Shown here in pieces: positions 27,705-37,207 of a DNA stretch of 64,000 nucleotides. Location: NCBI GenBank assembly GCA_963743835.1, contig CAVUQX010000005.1, forward strand, positions 697,342 to 761,341, read 5' to 3'. Made by a program: the position numbers and the translations under genes. The notes under the pieces were generated by a model. That model saw only the letters and a program-made list of their open reading frames with translations, was not told where the DNA came from and did no database searches. Each line of letters begins with the position of its first letter. The stretch's first letter is position 1. This stretch comes from Candidatus Dormiibacterota bacterium (lineage in GTDB: Bacteria > Chloroflexota > Dormibacteria > Aeolococcales > Aeolococcaceae).

Positions 27705-28851
27705 CCCGTCGAGGCAGCTGACCGAGCAATCTCCCGAGGGCGTCGAGCGCGTCGACGCTGTGGGCGCTCAGGAAGTCGTCGCAGTGGGGAAGCGCCGCGG
27801 CCATGCCGCGCGTCTCCGGCTGATATGCCGTGCTGCCCAGCAGCGGGTTGAGCCAGATGAGGCGGTGACAGCTGCGCCGGAGCCGAGCCATCTCGCGGCC
27901 GAGCTGCTCGGGATCACCGCGGTCCCATCCGTCGCTGATGATCAGCACCACCGCACCATGGCCGAGCACACGCCGCGCGTGGTCGCGCTGGAAGGTGTGC
28001 AGCGCGTCGGCGATACGCGTCCCGCCACCGATGTCATGCACCTGTGCGGCAACGTGGTCGAGCGCGGAATCGATGTCCCCATGGCGGAGGAGGTGCGTGA
28101 TTCTGGTCAAGTGTGTCGAAAACGCGAAGGTCTCGACCCGCTCGCGCCTGCCGATCACGTGCGCGAACACCAGCAGGTGTCGTGAGTACCGATCCATCGA
28201 TCCGCTGACGTCGCAGAGGATGACCAGCGGGCGGCGCTTGGTGCTGACGCTCGCGCGTGCAAGCCGCGGGGCATCACCGCCCTCACGTGCTGCCGCCCGC
28301 AGAGTCCGGCGCAGCTCCACCGAACCGCGGCGATCCGCCCGGAGGCGCCGCGTCCTGCGCTCGGCCACCTTCCACGGCGACTGGCGGAGCAGCCTCCGTA
28401 CCGCAGCCAGCTCGTCCCAGCTCATCTCCCGGAAGTCGCGTTGACGAAGCAGCTCCTCGGCGCTGTACCCGGCGCTCGATGCCGGTGGTCCCTCGACTTC
28501 GCGCGCCACGCCCGGTGACGACAGCCCAAGCGCGCTCATCCATGCCAGCGCCTGCTTGGGATCGAGCGCCAGCGGGCGACTGCGTCCGGGAATGCTGCCG
28601 GCTCTGCCCTCGCCACCGGGGCTGGAGAAGAAAAGGTCGAAGGCGGCGTCGAACACCGGGCCCTCCTCTCGCCGGGTCACGAACACCGCCCGGAGCGCGT
28701 AACGGACCTCATCCGGATGTTCTAGATCGATGGCGAGCAGCGCCTCGCACGCGTCGCGCACGCGCTCCGGACCTGTGGTGAGCCCTGCGTCGCGAAGCAG
28801 ACGCGCGAACAGCGTGACGCTCTCGACGGGATCCGGTGCGTTGCCGATCAT
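27640..28851 (-). CDS. coxE: VWA-domain CoxE-like protein
   Basis: PLVILCDVSGSMDRYS (MIDAS DxSxS), VVLIISDGWDRGD. ATG 28851 overlaps the coxD stop (ATGA). Confidence 0.8.
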   Translation of the reverse strand: MIGNAPDPVESVTLFARLLRDAGLTTGPERVRDACEALLAIDLEHPDEVRYALRAVFVTRREEGPVFDAAFDLFFSSPGGEGRAGSIPGRSRPLALDPKQALAWMSALGLSSPGVAREVEGPPASSAGYSAEELLRQRDFREMSWDELAAVRRLLRQSPWKVAERRTRRLRADRRGSVELRRTLRAAAREGGDAPRLARASVSTKRRPLVILCDVSGSMDRYSRHLLVFAHVIGRRERVETFAFSTHLTRITHLLRHGDIDSALDHVAAQVHDIGGGTRIADALHTFQRDHARRVLGHGAVVLIISDGWDRGDPEQLGREMARLRRSCHRLIWLNPLLGSTAYQPETRGMAAALPHCDDFLSAHSVDALDALGRLLGQLPRRVSRSPRGAVAASGAPGAAAGG

Positions 28852-29741
28852 CGCCCCGCGTGCTCGGTGATCGCCTCCTCGCTGCGCTGGAGGTCTTCCT
28901 GGTGCTTGACCGCCGCGCCCATGGTTTCTCGGAGGGCCTCGGGTGTCGCCTCGGTATGGCCGAGGGCCGCGAGCGCCCGTGCCCAGTCCACTGTTTCTGC
29001 CACTCCTGGCACTTTGTAGAGGTCCAGGCCGCGGAGCCGCTGGGTCACCTCGGCGACCTGGCGTCCGAGTCGCTCGGAGACCTCGGGCGCACGGATGCGT
29101 ACGATCGCCACCTCTCGCTCGAGGTCCGGGTAGTCGATCCAGTGGTACAGACACCGCCGCTTGAGGGCGTCGTGGACCTCGCGCGTGCGATTCCCGGTCA
29201 GGATCACCAGCGGTGGATGGGTCGCGCGGATCGTCCCGAGCTCGGGGATGCTGATCGCGTAGTCGGCGAGGATCTCGAGCAGGAAGGCCTCGAACTCCTC
29301 GTCCGATCTGTCGATCTCATCGATGAGCAGCACCGGCGGGACGGGGTCGTGGTTGTCGATGGCGTCGAGGAGTGGCCGGCGCAGGAGAAACTCCGGTCCG
29401 AACACGTCCTGTTCGGTGCGGACACGATCCTCGCGCTCGCCGACCAGCCGGATGTGGAGCAGCTGGCGCGCGTAGTTCCACTCGTATGCGGCGTGCGCAA
29501 GGTCGATGCCCTCGTAGCACTGCAGACGGATGAGCCTGGCACCGAGGCCGGAGGCGAGCGCTCGCGCGGCCTCGGTCTTGCCCACCCCGGCTTCGCCTTC
29601 GAGGAAGAGGGGCTTGTTGATGCGCATCGAGACGAGGATCGCCGTCGCGAGGCGCCGATCGCAGAGATAATCGCCGGCGGCGAGGAGGTCGACGACCGCG
29701 TCGACCGAAGCGGGCTGGGCGGCTCCGGTCGGTGCGTTCAT
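28848..29741 (-). CDS. coxD: MoxR-type AAA+ ATPase CoxD-like
   Basis: Walker A LFLEGEAGVGKTEAARALA, Walker B VLLIDEIDRSDEEFEAFLLEIL, sensor region ILTGNRTREVHDALKRRC. Confidence 0.85.
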   Translation of the reverse strand: MNAPTGAAQPASVDAVVDLLAAGDYLCDRRLATAILVSMRINKPLFLEGEAGVGKTEAARALASGLGARLIRLQCYEGIDLAHAAYEWNYARQLLHIRLVGEREDRVRTEQDVFGPEFLLRRPLLDAIDNHDPVPPVLLIDEIDRSDEEFEAFLLEILADYAISIPELGTIRATHPPLVILTGNRTREVHDALKRRCLYHWIDYPDLEREVAIVRIRAPEVSERLGRQVAEVTQRLRGLDLYKVPGVAETVDWARALAALGHTEATPEALRETMGAAVKHQEDLQRSEEAITEHAGR

Positions 29742-29802
29742 GAGGTCAGCGTGACGAGTCCGCCTAGAGCCGGTCAAGCCGCGGCGTCGGACCCGACCGC
29801 GA

Positions 29803-30855
29803 TCACACGGCGTAGACGTCGATCTCGGTTGCCTTGACGACCGCGAAAACCTCACCGCCCTCGGCGAGACGCAACTCCGCGGCTGCGGCCGGCGTGACCT
29901 CGGCCACGAGGGGAAACGGTGCATCGAGCCGGATTCGCCAACGGTCGCCCTCGGGATCGACGCCGGCGACCGTGCAGCGAAGGACGTTGCGGGGGCTGCC
30001 GTCGGGTGCCTGCCGGTAGAGGGCGACGGCGCGCGGCTGGATGGTCGCCAGCGCCGGCCCCCGGATGCCGGCGGCCACCGTCAGCCGCGAGCCGTCGTCG
30101 ACGAGCATCGAACCGTCGGATACGACGCCGCGGAGGAGATTCAAACCCGCCATGCGCGCGATCCAGGCCGAGCGAGGTCTCGATGACACCTCGGTGAACG
30201 GCCCCTCCTGCGTGATGCGGCCATCCTCGAGCACCACAACGCGCTCGGCCAGCGATGCCGCCTCGAGTGGGTCATGCGTGACGACGAGTCGCACCCCCGT
30301 GAAGGTGGCGAGGTGCCGGCGCAGGGCGCGACGCAGCTCCAGGCGCCCCGACGCGTCCACCGCTGCCAGCGGTTCGTCGAGCAGCAGCACCTCCGGGTCG
30401 GTGACCAGGACGCGCGCCAGCGCGGCGCGTTGCGTCTCGCCACCGCTCAGCGCCGATGGGCGCGACGCGACGTGCCTGGTGAGGTCCACGCGTTCGAGCC
30501 ATTCGGTTGCACGCGCATGGGCGGTCGCACGGTCGACACCGCGTGCGCGCAGGCCGAACGCGACGTTGTCGAGCACGCTGAGGTGAGGGAAAAGGCCGTG
30601 ATCCTGGAACACGAATCCGACGCGGCGTGCTTCGGGCGTGATCCAGGTGCGTGTCGCGGTGTCCTCGAACACCGTGCCGTCAACCTCGACGCGGCCCTCG
30701 TCGACGGGGACCAGCCCCGCGATGACACGCAGCAGCGTCGTCTTGCCGGCACCATTGGGTCCGAGCACCGCCACGGTGACATCGGAGTCGACGGACAGAT
30801 CGCAGTCGAGGCGAAGGCTTCCCAGCCGGGTGCGGACCTGCGCATGGAGGGTCAC
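29803..30855 (-). CDS. modC: molybdate ABC transporter ATP-binding protein with C-terminal TOBE domain
   Basis: GPNGAGKTTLL, LSGGETQRAALARVL, LLLDEPLAAVD. C-terminal TOBE-like beta domain. Confidence 0.85.
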   Translation of the reverse strand: MTLHAQVRTRLGSLRLDCDLSVDSDVTVAVLGPNGAGKTTLLRVIAGLVPVDEGRVEVDGTVFEDTATRTWITPEARRVGFVFQDHGLFPHLSVLDNVAFGLRARGVDRATAHARATEWLERVDLTRHVASRPSALSGGETQRAALARVLVTDPEVLLLDEPLAAVDASGRLELRRALRRHLATFTGVRLVVTHDPLEAASLAERVVVLEDGRITQEGPFTEVSSRPRSAWIARMAGLNLLRGVVSDGSMLVDDGSRLTVAAGIRGPALATIQPRAVALYRQAPDGSPRNVLRCTVAGVDPEGDRWRIRLDAPFPLVAEVTPAAAAELRLAEGGEVFAVVKATEIDVYAV

Positions 30856-31652
30856 CGCAGCGCACCGAGCCAGCGGTCGCGCAACACCACCAGGACGAGC
30901 ACCGAGATCGCGAGCAGCAGCAGCGAAAGCGTTATCGCCTCGCCGACCTGCCCGGAGCCCTCAAACGAGCTGTAGGCGGCGATCGGCAAGGTCTCGGTGG
31001 TTCCCGGGAAGCTGCCCGCGAACGTGATGGTCGCGCCGAACTCACCCAGAGCCCGGGCCCAGCAGAGGGCGGCTCCGGCTGCGATCGACGGCGCTGCGAG
31101 CGGCATGGTCACCTGCCAGAACCGTCGCCATGGCCGGGCGCCGAGGGTCGCAGCGACCTCTTCGAAATGTTCGTCGCGCTGCCGGAGCCCTGCTTCGACC
31201 GTGATCACCAGGAATGGGAATCCAACGAAAGCCTCGGCGATCGCCGCCCCGGCGGTGCTGAAGGGAAGGACGATCCCGAAGTGGTCGAGCACCGTGCCGA
31301 TCGGGGTGGTGCGGCCGAGGGCGGCCTGCAGAGCGATCCCGCCGACAACCGGCGGGAGCACCAGTGGCAGCGTCACCAATCCGCGGATCACGCGCCGCCC
31401 CGGAAGGGATGTCCGCGCGAGCAGGTAGGCGAGGGGGATGCCGATGACGAGCGCGATCGCGACTGCGATGAGCGAGCACTCGATCGAGAGGCGGAGTGCC
31501 GTGAGCACGTCCGTCGATACCAGCTGCGACGGCAGGTTGCTCCAGTCGACATGGACGAGCAACCCGATGAGCGGCAGCGCGATGAACAGCACCGCCACCG
31601 CGGCCGGGATGACGAGACCGAGGAGAGGGCGCCGCGTGACGCCCCGGGTCAC
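30852..31652 (-). CDS. modB: molybdate ABC transporter permease
   Basis: 266-aa permease with 6 TM helices and EAA-like loop (WARALGEFGATITFAG). Overlapping stops and starts with modA and modC. Confidence 0.85.
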   Translation of the reverse strand: MTRGVTRRPLLGLVIPAAVAVLFIALPLIGLLVHVDWSNLPSQLVSTDVLTALRLSIECSLIAVAIALVIGIPLAYLLARTSLPGRRVIRGLVTLPLVLPPVVGGIALQAALGRTTPIGTVLDHFGIVLPFSTAGAAIAEAFVGFPFLVITVEAGLRQRDEHFEEVAATLGARPWRRFWQVTMPLAAPSIAAGAALCWARALGEFGATITFAGSFPGTTETLPIAAYSSFEGSGQVGEAITLSLLLLAISVLVLVVLRDRWLGALR

Positions 31653-32431
31653 GACGGGTTCAGGAATCCGTCTTCCAGCAACTGCGCGTGAACGTCACCG
31701 GAAACAGCCGAGGTCACGAACGCCGCGGCGGCGGTCTGGTTCGTGCTCGCCTTGACCACCGCGATCTCATACGTGCCAATCACGTTCTGGGCATCGGGTA
31801 TCGGGACGCCGGTCACCTTGCCGGCGGTGGTCACCACATCGGTGACGAAGACCAGGGCCGCGTCGGCGTTCCCCAACTCGACCTGCTGCACCACCTCCGC
31901 GTCGTCGAGCTGAAACGACTTGGGCGTGAGCATCACGTTCGCCGCCTTCAGCGCCTTGGCGGCATACTCCCCAACCGGGACGCTCGGCGCCGCAAGCACG
32001 ACCGAAAGCCGGGGCATGGCGAGATCGGCGAGGGTCTTGATGCCCTTGGGGTTGCCCGGCGCAACGATGATCTCGAGCTTGTTCTTGCAGAATGCCGCCG
32101 GGGTCTGGACGAGCCCGGCGGTCACGAGCTGCATCATCGTCGAGGTGTTGGCGGTGGCGATGACATCGGCAGGCGCGCTGTTGATGATCTGGGTCACCAA
32201 CGCTTGCGAGCTGGCATATGAGTACTGGGCCTTGAACCCCGGGTGATCGAGTTCCAGCCCCCTCTCGGCGGTGTTGAACGCCGAGGTCAGGGATGAGGCG
32301 GCGAAGACCGTGATCGTCCCGCGCAGTGGATCGGGTGATGCCGAGGAGGCCGGTGTCGACTTCGAACCGCACCCTGCAAGTGCAAGGGCGGCGGAGCCGG
32401 CAACAAGGATGGTGCGGGTTCCGATCTTCAT
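31649..32431 (-). CDS. modA: molybdate-binding lipoprotein
   Basis: Lipobox LALAGCGS. ModA-like ITVFAASSLTSAF ... DVIATAN ... AALVFVTDV. Confidence 0.85.
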   Translation of the reverse strand: MKIGTRTILVAGSAALALAGCGSKSTPASSASPDPLRGTITVFAASSLTSAFNTAERGLELDHPGFKAQYSYASSQALVTQIINSAPADVIATANTSTMMQLVTAGLVQTPAAFCKNKLEIIVAPGNPKGIKTLADLAMPRLSVVLAAPSVPVGEYAAKALKAANVMLTPKSFQLDDAEVVQQVELGNADAALVFVTDVVTTAGKVTGVPIPDAQNVIGTYEIAVVKASTNQTAAAAFVTSAVSGDVHAQLLEDGFLNPS

Positions 32432-32847
32432 TGCCTCCTCGGCGGTGTCTCGGTTGGTGGGGGCAACTCGATGACGACGTTGGTGGCTTTCACCGAGGCG
32501 ACGGCGAGCATCCCGGGCTCCAGGTGGAGCTCGCGGACAGCCTCGGAGCTGATCAGTGAACTGATCCGGAACGGTCCCGCCTGGAGCTTGACGTGCGCCA
32601 TCACGCCATCGGTCGCGACGTCCGTGACCAGCCCGATGAAGTGGTTGCGCGCCAACTCGGTCACCGGCAAGGTCGGGTGGCTGCTCGCGACCTCGATGGC
32701 GAAACGCGCAAGCGCCACGCCATCGACGAGGCGATGGCCGCCGTCGGTGCGCACGGTCGCAATGCGGCCGGCATCGGCCCAGCGGCGGACCGTGTCAACG
32801 CTCACGCCGAGCAGCTCCGCCGCCTGGCCCATCTTGTATGTCGGCAT
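32428..32847 (-). CDS. MerR/excisionase-type HTH fused to TOBE (Mop) domain; probable molybdate-responsive regulator
   Basis: YKMGQAAELLGVSVDTVRRWADAGRI then RNHFIGLVTDVATDGVMAHVKLQAGPFRISSLISSEAV...VKATNVVIE. First gene of the modABC operon. Confidence 0.7.
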   Translation of the reverse strand: MPTYKMGQAAELLGVSVDTVRRWADAGRIATVRTDGGHRLVDGVALARFAIEVASSHPTLPVTELARNHFIGLVTDVATDGVMAHVKLQAGPFRISSLISSEAVRELHLEPGMLAVASVKATNVVIELPPPTETPPRRQ

Positions 32848-32848
32848 G

Positions 32849-32875
32849 GGCCGCGACCTTAGCGCAAAAGCGGCC
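32849..32875 (-). terminator. stem-loop between the SCO1 stop and the regulator start
   Basis: GGCCGC-N15-GCGGCC, 47 nt after the SCO1 stop and abutting the start codon at 32847. Could be a terminator or a translational hairpin. Confidence 0.3.
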
Positions 32876-32921
32876 TTCTTCTCAACCAGACCTTGCGATT
32901 GCGGTTTCGCTCAGAAGGCAG

Positions 32922-33578
32922 CTACTCGTGCGCCACCACGGTGATCGCGTGCGTCACGTCGCTCACGAAGAGCGGGGCCGGGTAGATGACCCGGACATAG
33001 CCCTGGGGGTCGATGACATCCAGGTAGTTGGTCTTCGGCGGCTCAAGGGGCTCGCCCCATTTCAACCATGTGATCTTCAGGGTCGCGTCCGGTCCGAGCA
33101 GCCAGTGCCAGCCCGGGTCCCATTGGGTCGTCAGGTTTGTCTTGATGAATTCGGCCACGTTGGCGGCGGTGCGGTCGGGCATCACGCTGACGATGAGCAG
33201 GACCGGCTTGATCGTCTTCGGCAGTGCCTGCTCGACTGCAACGATGTCGCGGCCCAGGATCGGGCACAGATTCACGCACAGCGGGTCCATGAACGCCAGG
33301 AGCACCACGTGGCCCTTCTCGTCCGCCAGCGAGATCGGATGACCGTTCTGGTCGACGAGCCCGGTCAGCGGAGGCGTCGGCTGCCGGGTCAATGGCGCGC
33401 CGATCACGTTTGCCGACGGCGTGATGTTCACCTGCGCCGCGGTGGTCGTTGCGCGCGGGTGCAGCGTCAGGGACATGAGCGCGCCGATGCCCAGGCCGCC
33501 CGCGAGCGCCAGAACCACGAGCAGGGCCTGCCCGCGCTTCGATCGAGTGATCCCTCCGAGGCTCCCCGAGGGTTTCAT
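32922..33578 (-). CDS. SCO1/SenC-family thioredoxin-fold copper chaperone
   Basis: N-terminal TM anchor. VVLLAFMDPLCVNLCPILG (C-x3-C-P copper motif). ATG 33578 is preferred over the start at 33755. Confidence 0.75.
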   Translation of the reverse strand: MKPSGSLGGITRSKRGQALLVVLALAGGLGIGALMSLTLHPRATTTAAQVNITPSANVIGAPLTRQPTPPLTGLVDQNGHPISLADEKGHVVLLAFMDPLCVNLCPILGRDIVAVEQALPKTIKPVLLIVSVMPDRTAANVAEFIKTNLTTQWDPGWHWLLGPDATLKITWLKWGEPLEPPKTNYLDVIDPQGYVRVIYPAPLFVSDVTHAITVVAHE

Positions 33579-33721
33579 CCACAAACCTCGCTCTCGGCAA
33601 CGGTTGTTGAAGGCTGCACCCGGACCCGCCGGCGGCCTCCCACCCGCAAGCGCGGCGCCAATTATGGCTCGCTCGCCGTGGACATGGCACGGGCGCCGAC
33701 GGCCGACGCTATGCTCCCCGC

Positions 33722-34012
33722 GTGATCCAGCGTCGACGGGCGAGGTTTGCCGCATCGGGCGGCGTCCTGGTCGCGCTCATCGGACTGTTCATCAGCCACA
33801 CGCTCGAGTACCTTCGCGTCTGGGGACCGCAGGGCGTCGTGGATTCGATGACCAACCCGGTGCACGCCTACATGCTCCCGGTCGCGGGCGCGCTGGTCGT
33901 GCTGAGCGCCGTCTTCGCGTTCCGGTTGGCGCGCGCCTGGCAGGCACTCAATCAGCGGCTCGACCGCGCCGGCCGCGGGCGTGCGCCAGCTCTGGCGTGG
34001 ACGGCCAGGTGA
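33722..34012 (+). CDS. hypothetical 2-TM membrane protein
   Basis: 96-aa ORF with two hydrophobic helices. Its TGA overlaps GTG 34009 of the next ORF. Confidence 0.4.
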   Translation: MIQRRRARFAASGGVLVALIGLFISHTLEYLRVWGPQGVVDSMTNPVHAYMLPVAGALVVLSAVFAFRLARAWQALNQRLDRAGRGRAPALAWTAR

Positions 34013-34356
34013 GGTTCGCCGGGAGCCCGCAGCGCGGATCCACTCCGGGAACCCGGCTGGTCGCAATCTGGTTGCCGCTGGCGGCCGCCCAGATCGTCCT
34101 CTACCTCGTGCAGGAGAACATCGAGGCTGTGGCGCGGTCGCAACCTGCGCCCGGCCTCGGAGCGGTCACCGGGATCCACTGGGCCGCCCCGCTCGTCCAT
34201 CTTTATGTGTCGCTGCTGCTCGCATGCCTGATCCGCATCTGCCAGGTTCTGTTCCATCGGCGCGAAGTGGTCGTCGAGCGCGTGGAAGCCCTCCTGCGCG
34301 CCATCGTTCGACGGCGCCTGCAGGGCCGTTGCAAGTATTCGCCGCCCGGCCGTTGA
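34009..34356 (+). CDS. hypothetical 2-TM membrane protein
   Basis: GTG 34009 (GTGA overlap with the upstream stop). RLVAIWLPLAAAQIVLYLV and WAAPLVHLYVSLLLACLIRI helices. Confidence 0.4.
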   Translation: MRFAGSPQRGSTPGTRLVAIWLPLAAAQIVLYLVQENIEAVARSQPAPGLGAVTGIHWAAPLVHLYVSLLLACLIRICQVLFHRREVVVERVEALLRAIVRRRLQGRCKYSPPGR

Positions 34357-34486
34357 GACGGTCGCTCCGATCGACCGGCTGGGCCGGCATCTCTGGCGGA
34401 GACCACCACCGCTCCTCCTCGACCACTGACCGGACGTCCGTGAGCTTCGGCTCACCTTCGATCGTTCAATCACGAGGAGACATCAC

Positions 34487-35216
34487 GTGGGGAAAAATGC
34501 CCTTCGAGCGTCCGCGGTTGCCGCCGCGACGCTCATCGCACTCGCGACGTCATTCGCCGCTGCTTCCGCACACTTCGTGTTCACCGCAGGCAAATATCGC
34601 ATCGCCATCGGATGGCAGTTCGAGCCGGCGGGCGGTACCGATACGTATGTCGGCGCCGCAAATGCCATCCAGATGTTTGTCGACGTCCCGTCGGCCACCA
34701 ACCCGATCGGGACCCCGGTCAGCACTCTCAACCAGGATTGCACGCATCCCGATCTCCAGGTCACGGTCACGGTGGGGAGCACGACGAGCAGCCCGTTCTG
34801 CCCCGTGCCTCTGTATGACTCCGATACCGGCAACGGCAGGCACGACGAATACGACTACGCGCTTATCCCGACAGTGGTCGGCACCTATACCTTTCATGTC
34901 TTCGGCTCGATAAGCGGTGTCCCAGTCAACCAGACGATTGCGTCGAGCCCGACGTCGTTCAACTCCGTCGCGGATTCGAGCGCCGTGCAGTTCCCCGTCG
35001 TCATCCCGGCCGCCGCCGCGGTGGCGACCAAGGTCAACGCGGTGAGTGCAGCGGGCGGCGAGCGCGCTGACGAGCGCGCAGTCCGCGTCAACCGCTGCCG
35101 GTGACGCGAAGACGAGCGCGTCGGGGGCGACGACACTCGGGATCATCGCGATCATCGTCGCGGTGGTGCTCAGCGGACTCAATCTGGCCATAGGATTGCG
35201 CCGCAGGAGCGCGTAG
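34487..35216 (+). pseudogene. YcnI/DUF1775-like secreted copper-binding protein, C-terminal frame broken near 35053-35055
   Basis: Signal peptide ending AAASA-H. In the next frame the tail reads AASALTSAQSASTAAGDAKTSASGATTLGIIAIIVAVVLSGLNLAIGLRRRSA* (TM anchor), ending 2 nt before the CopCD ATG. GGG run at the junction. Length is 3n+1. Confidence 0.55.
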
Positions 35217-35218
35217 CG

Positions 35219-37201
35219 ATGCGGGCACGGCGGGCGTTCATCGTCGCCGCGACGATGGCGATCGGGGCGGCCCTCGGGCTGCCCCTGACCGCGGCCGCTC
35301 ACGCGCTGCCGCAGAGCGCGATTCCGCCGGAGGGCGCCGAGGTCCAGACAGCACCCAAAGTTGTCGAGATCACCTTCGGAGAAACGCCAGACCCGAAGCT
35401 ATCCAGCATCATCGTGGTCAACGGTTCAGGAGCGAGCGTCGACGCCGGGCCAACTGTCGTTGTGCCGGGTCACCCACTTGAGCTGGAGGTGTCGCTGAAG
35501 CCCATCCCAGATGGCGTGTACACGGTGACTTGGAAGACCGTTTCAGAGACGGACGGTCATCTGGCTACCGGTGCGTATGCGTTTGGTGTCGGGGAGTCGG
35601 CCACGAGCGCCAACGCGCACGCGAGCAAATCGGTGGTCTCACCGCCGCCCTCGGTCCTCGCGGTCGTCAGTCGGTGGCTGTTCTTCATCGGTGTCATGGG
35701 CATCGTCGGTATTGCGTCGACGTGTCTCTTCGCGTTGGAGGACCTCCCGGCCTTCACCGGGCGAATGCTGGCAGGCGCCTGGATCGTCGGAACACTTGGC
35801 ATCGCAGGCGTGGTTGAGGCGCAGCGCGAAGCCGCGGGGGTGAGCTTCGGCTCGTTGTTCTTGACGTCCTTGGGGACGACAGCGATCGAGCGCATCGCGG
35901 CGACGGCGGCGACGGGACTGGCTGTGATCGCCGCGTCGGTGGCACCAACTGCTGCGAAGCGTGCCGCGGTATCGCTGGCGGCCATCGGTGCCGCGGCTTC
36001 GATATGGGTTGACGTCGCAGCGAGCCATGCCGGCGCCCAGGCGCCGGTCGCGGTCAATCTCATCGCGCAGTGGGCCCACATCGCGGCGAGCGGCGTCTGG
36101 ATTGGCGGGCTGCTGGTCCTCATCGTGACCGTTCGAGGACAGCCGACGGCTGCCAAAGGCCGAGCGGTGCGCCGGTTCTCGACCATCGCCGGCATCGCGA
36201 TCGTCCTGGTCGCGCTCACCGGAACGTTTCGCGCGGTGATCGAGGTAGGGTCCATCGGGCAGCTCTTCGGCACCGCTTTTGGTCTGCTTGTGCTGGTAAA
36301 GGTCGCCCTTTTCCTGATCCTGGCAGCTCTCGGGGCGATCAATCGCTACCGCAACGTGCCCCGCGCCGCACGTGCCCTGCGAGGCCTGCGACGGGTCGGG
36401 TCCACCGAAGTCATGATCGGCGCCGCCGTGGTGCTCGTGGCCGCAGCGCTCGTGAACGTCGCTCCGCCGGTCGCATCCGCTGCAGCGGTCTCGACCGCAC
36501 GTTCAAGCCAGCTCGTGGTCACCGGCAGCGACTTTGCGACCACGGTGAAAGTCCGCCTCACCGTGTCACCGGGGACAGCCGGCTTCAACAACTTCGTGCT
36601 TCGCGTCACGAACTACGATACCGGCGCGACGGTGCACGCGACTTCGGTGCAGCTCGAGTTCACGCAGCCGCTGCGTCCACAGCTTGGCGAGTCAACGCTC
36701 ACGCTCAAGCGTCAAGCTGATGGGAACTTTGCAGCCCGAGGTGGCAACCTGGCAATCGCCGGAATCTGGGAGGTCGCTGCGATCATCGAGAACGCCACGA
36801 GCTCCGCCGAAGTCCACCTCCAGGTCACGACCATCACACCCGCCCCCATTGTCACGGCAACCCGGTTCAGCGGATTGCCCACCCTGTATTCGATCCAGTT
36901 GCCCAGCGGTGGACTCGCACAGGTCTACATCGATCCCGACAAGACAGGCGCGGACGAGGTTCATGTCACTTTCTTCACGAACTCGAACGAGACCAGCGAG
37001 ATCCACATTGCATCGCTCACCGTGGGCATGACGGCGCCCGGACTTCCGCCCACCATCCTGGTCAGCCGCCGGCTCGATCCGATCGGGCATTTTGTCGCCG
37101 ATGCGACGGTCCCCCCCGGCCCCACCCGCTACGACATCATCGCGACCACCGACAGCGGCGCCGCCATCGCGACCTACCTGACCATCACTCCTGGGCCGTG
37201 A
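35219..37201 (+). CDS. CopC-CopD fusion protein (YcnJ-like) with extra C-terminal domain
   Basis: CopC: AAAHALPQSAIPPEGAEV...VYTVTWKTVSETDGHLATGAYAFGV. Followed by about 8 CopD-like TM helices and a periplasmic beta-rich tail of about 220 aa. Confidence 0.8.
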   Translation: MRARRAFIVAATMAIGAALGLPLTAAAHALPQSAIPPEGAEVQTAPKVVEITFGETPDPKLSSIIVVNGSGASVDAGPTVVVPGHPLELEVSLKPIPDGVYTVTWKTVSETDGHLATGAYAFGVGESATSANAHASKSVVSPPPSVLAVVSRWLFFIGVMGIVGIASTCLFALEDLPAFTGRMLAGAWIVGTLGIAGVVEAQREAAGVSFGSLFLTSLGTTAIERIAATAATGLAVIAASVAPTAAKRAAVSLAAIGAAASIWVDVAASHAGAQAPVAVNLIAQWAHIAASGVWIGGLLVLIVTVRGQPTAAKGRAVRRFSTIAGIAIVLVALTGTFRAVIEVGSIGQLFGTAFGLLVLVKVALFLILAALGAINRYRNVPRAARALRGLRRVGSTEVMIGAAVVLVAAALVNVAPPVASAAAVSTARSSQLVVTGSDFATTVKVRLTVSPGTAGFNNFVLRVTNYDTGATVHATSVQLEFTQPLRPQLGESTLTLKRQADGNFAARGGNLAIAGIWEVAAIIENATSSAEVHLQVTTITPAPIVTATRFSGLPTLYSIQLPSGGLAQVYIDPDKTGADEVHVTFFTNSNETSEIHIASLTVGMTAPGLPPTILVSRRLDPIGHFVADATVPPGPTRYDIIATTDSGAAIATYLTITPGP

Positions 37202-37207
37202 TCCGGG

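Noticed and set aside
33722-34356. Possible sixth frameshift joining ORF 33722..34012 to the tail of ORF 33421..34356
   Set aside because: The joined length is 3n+2, not 3n+1. A GTG at 34009 overlaps the upstream TGA (GTGA), as at several other gene pairs here. Two coupled genes explain the data without invoking an error.
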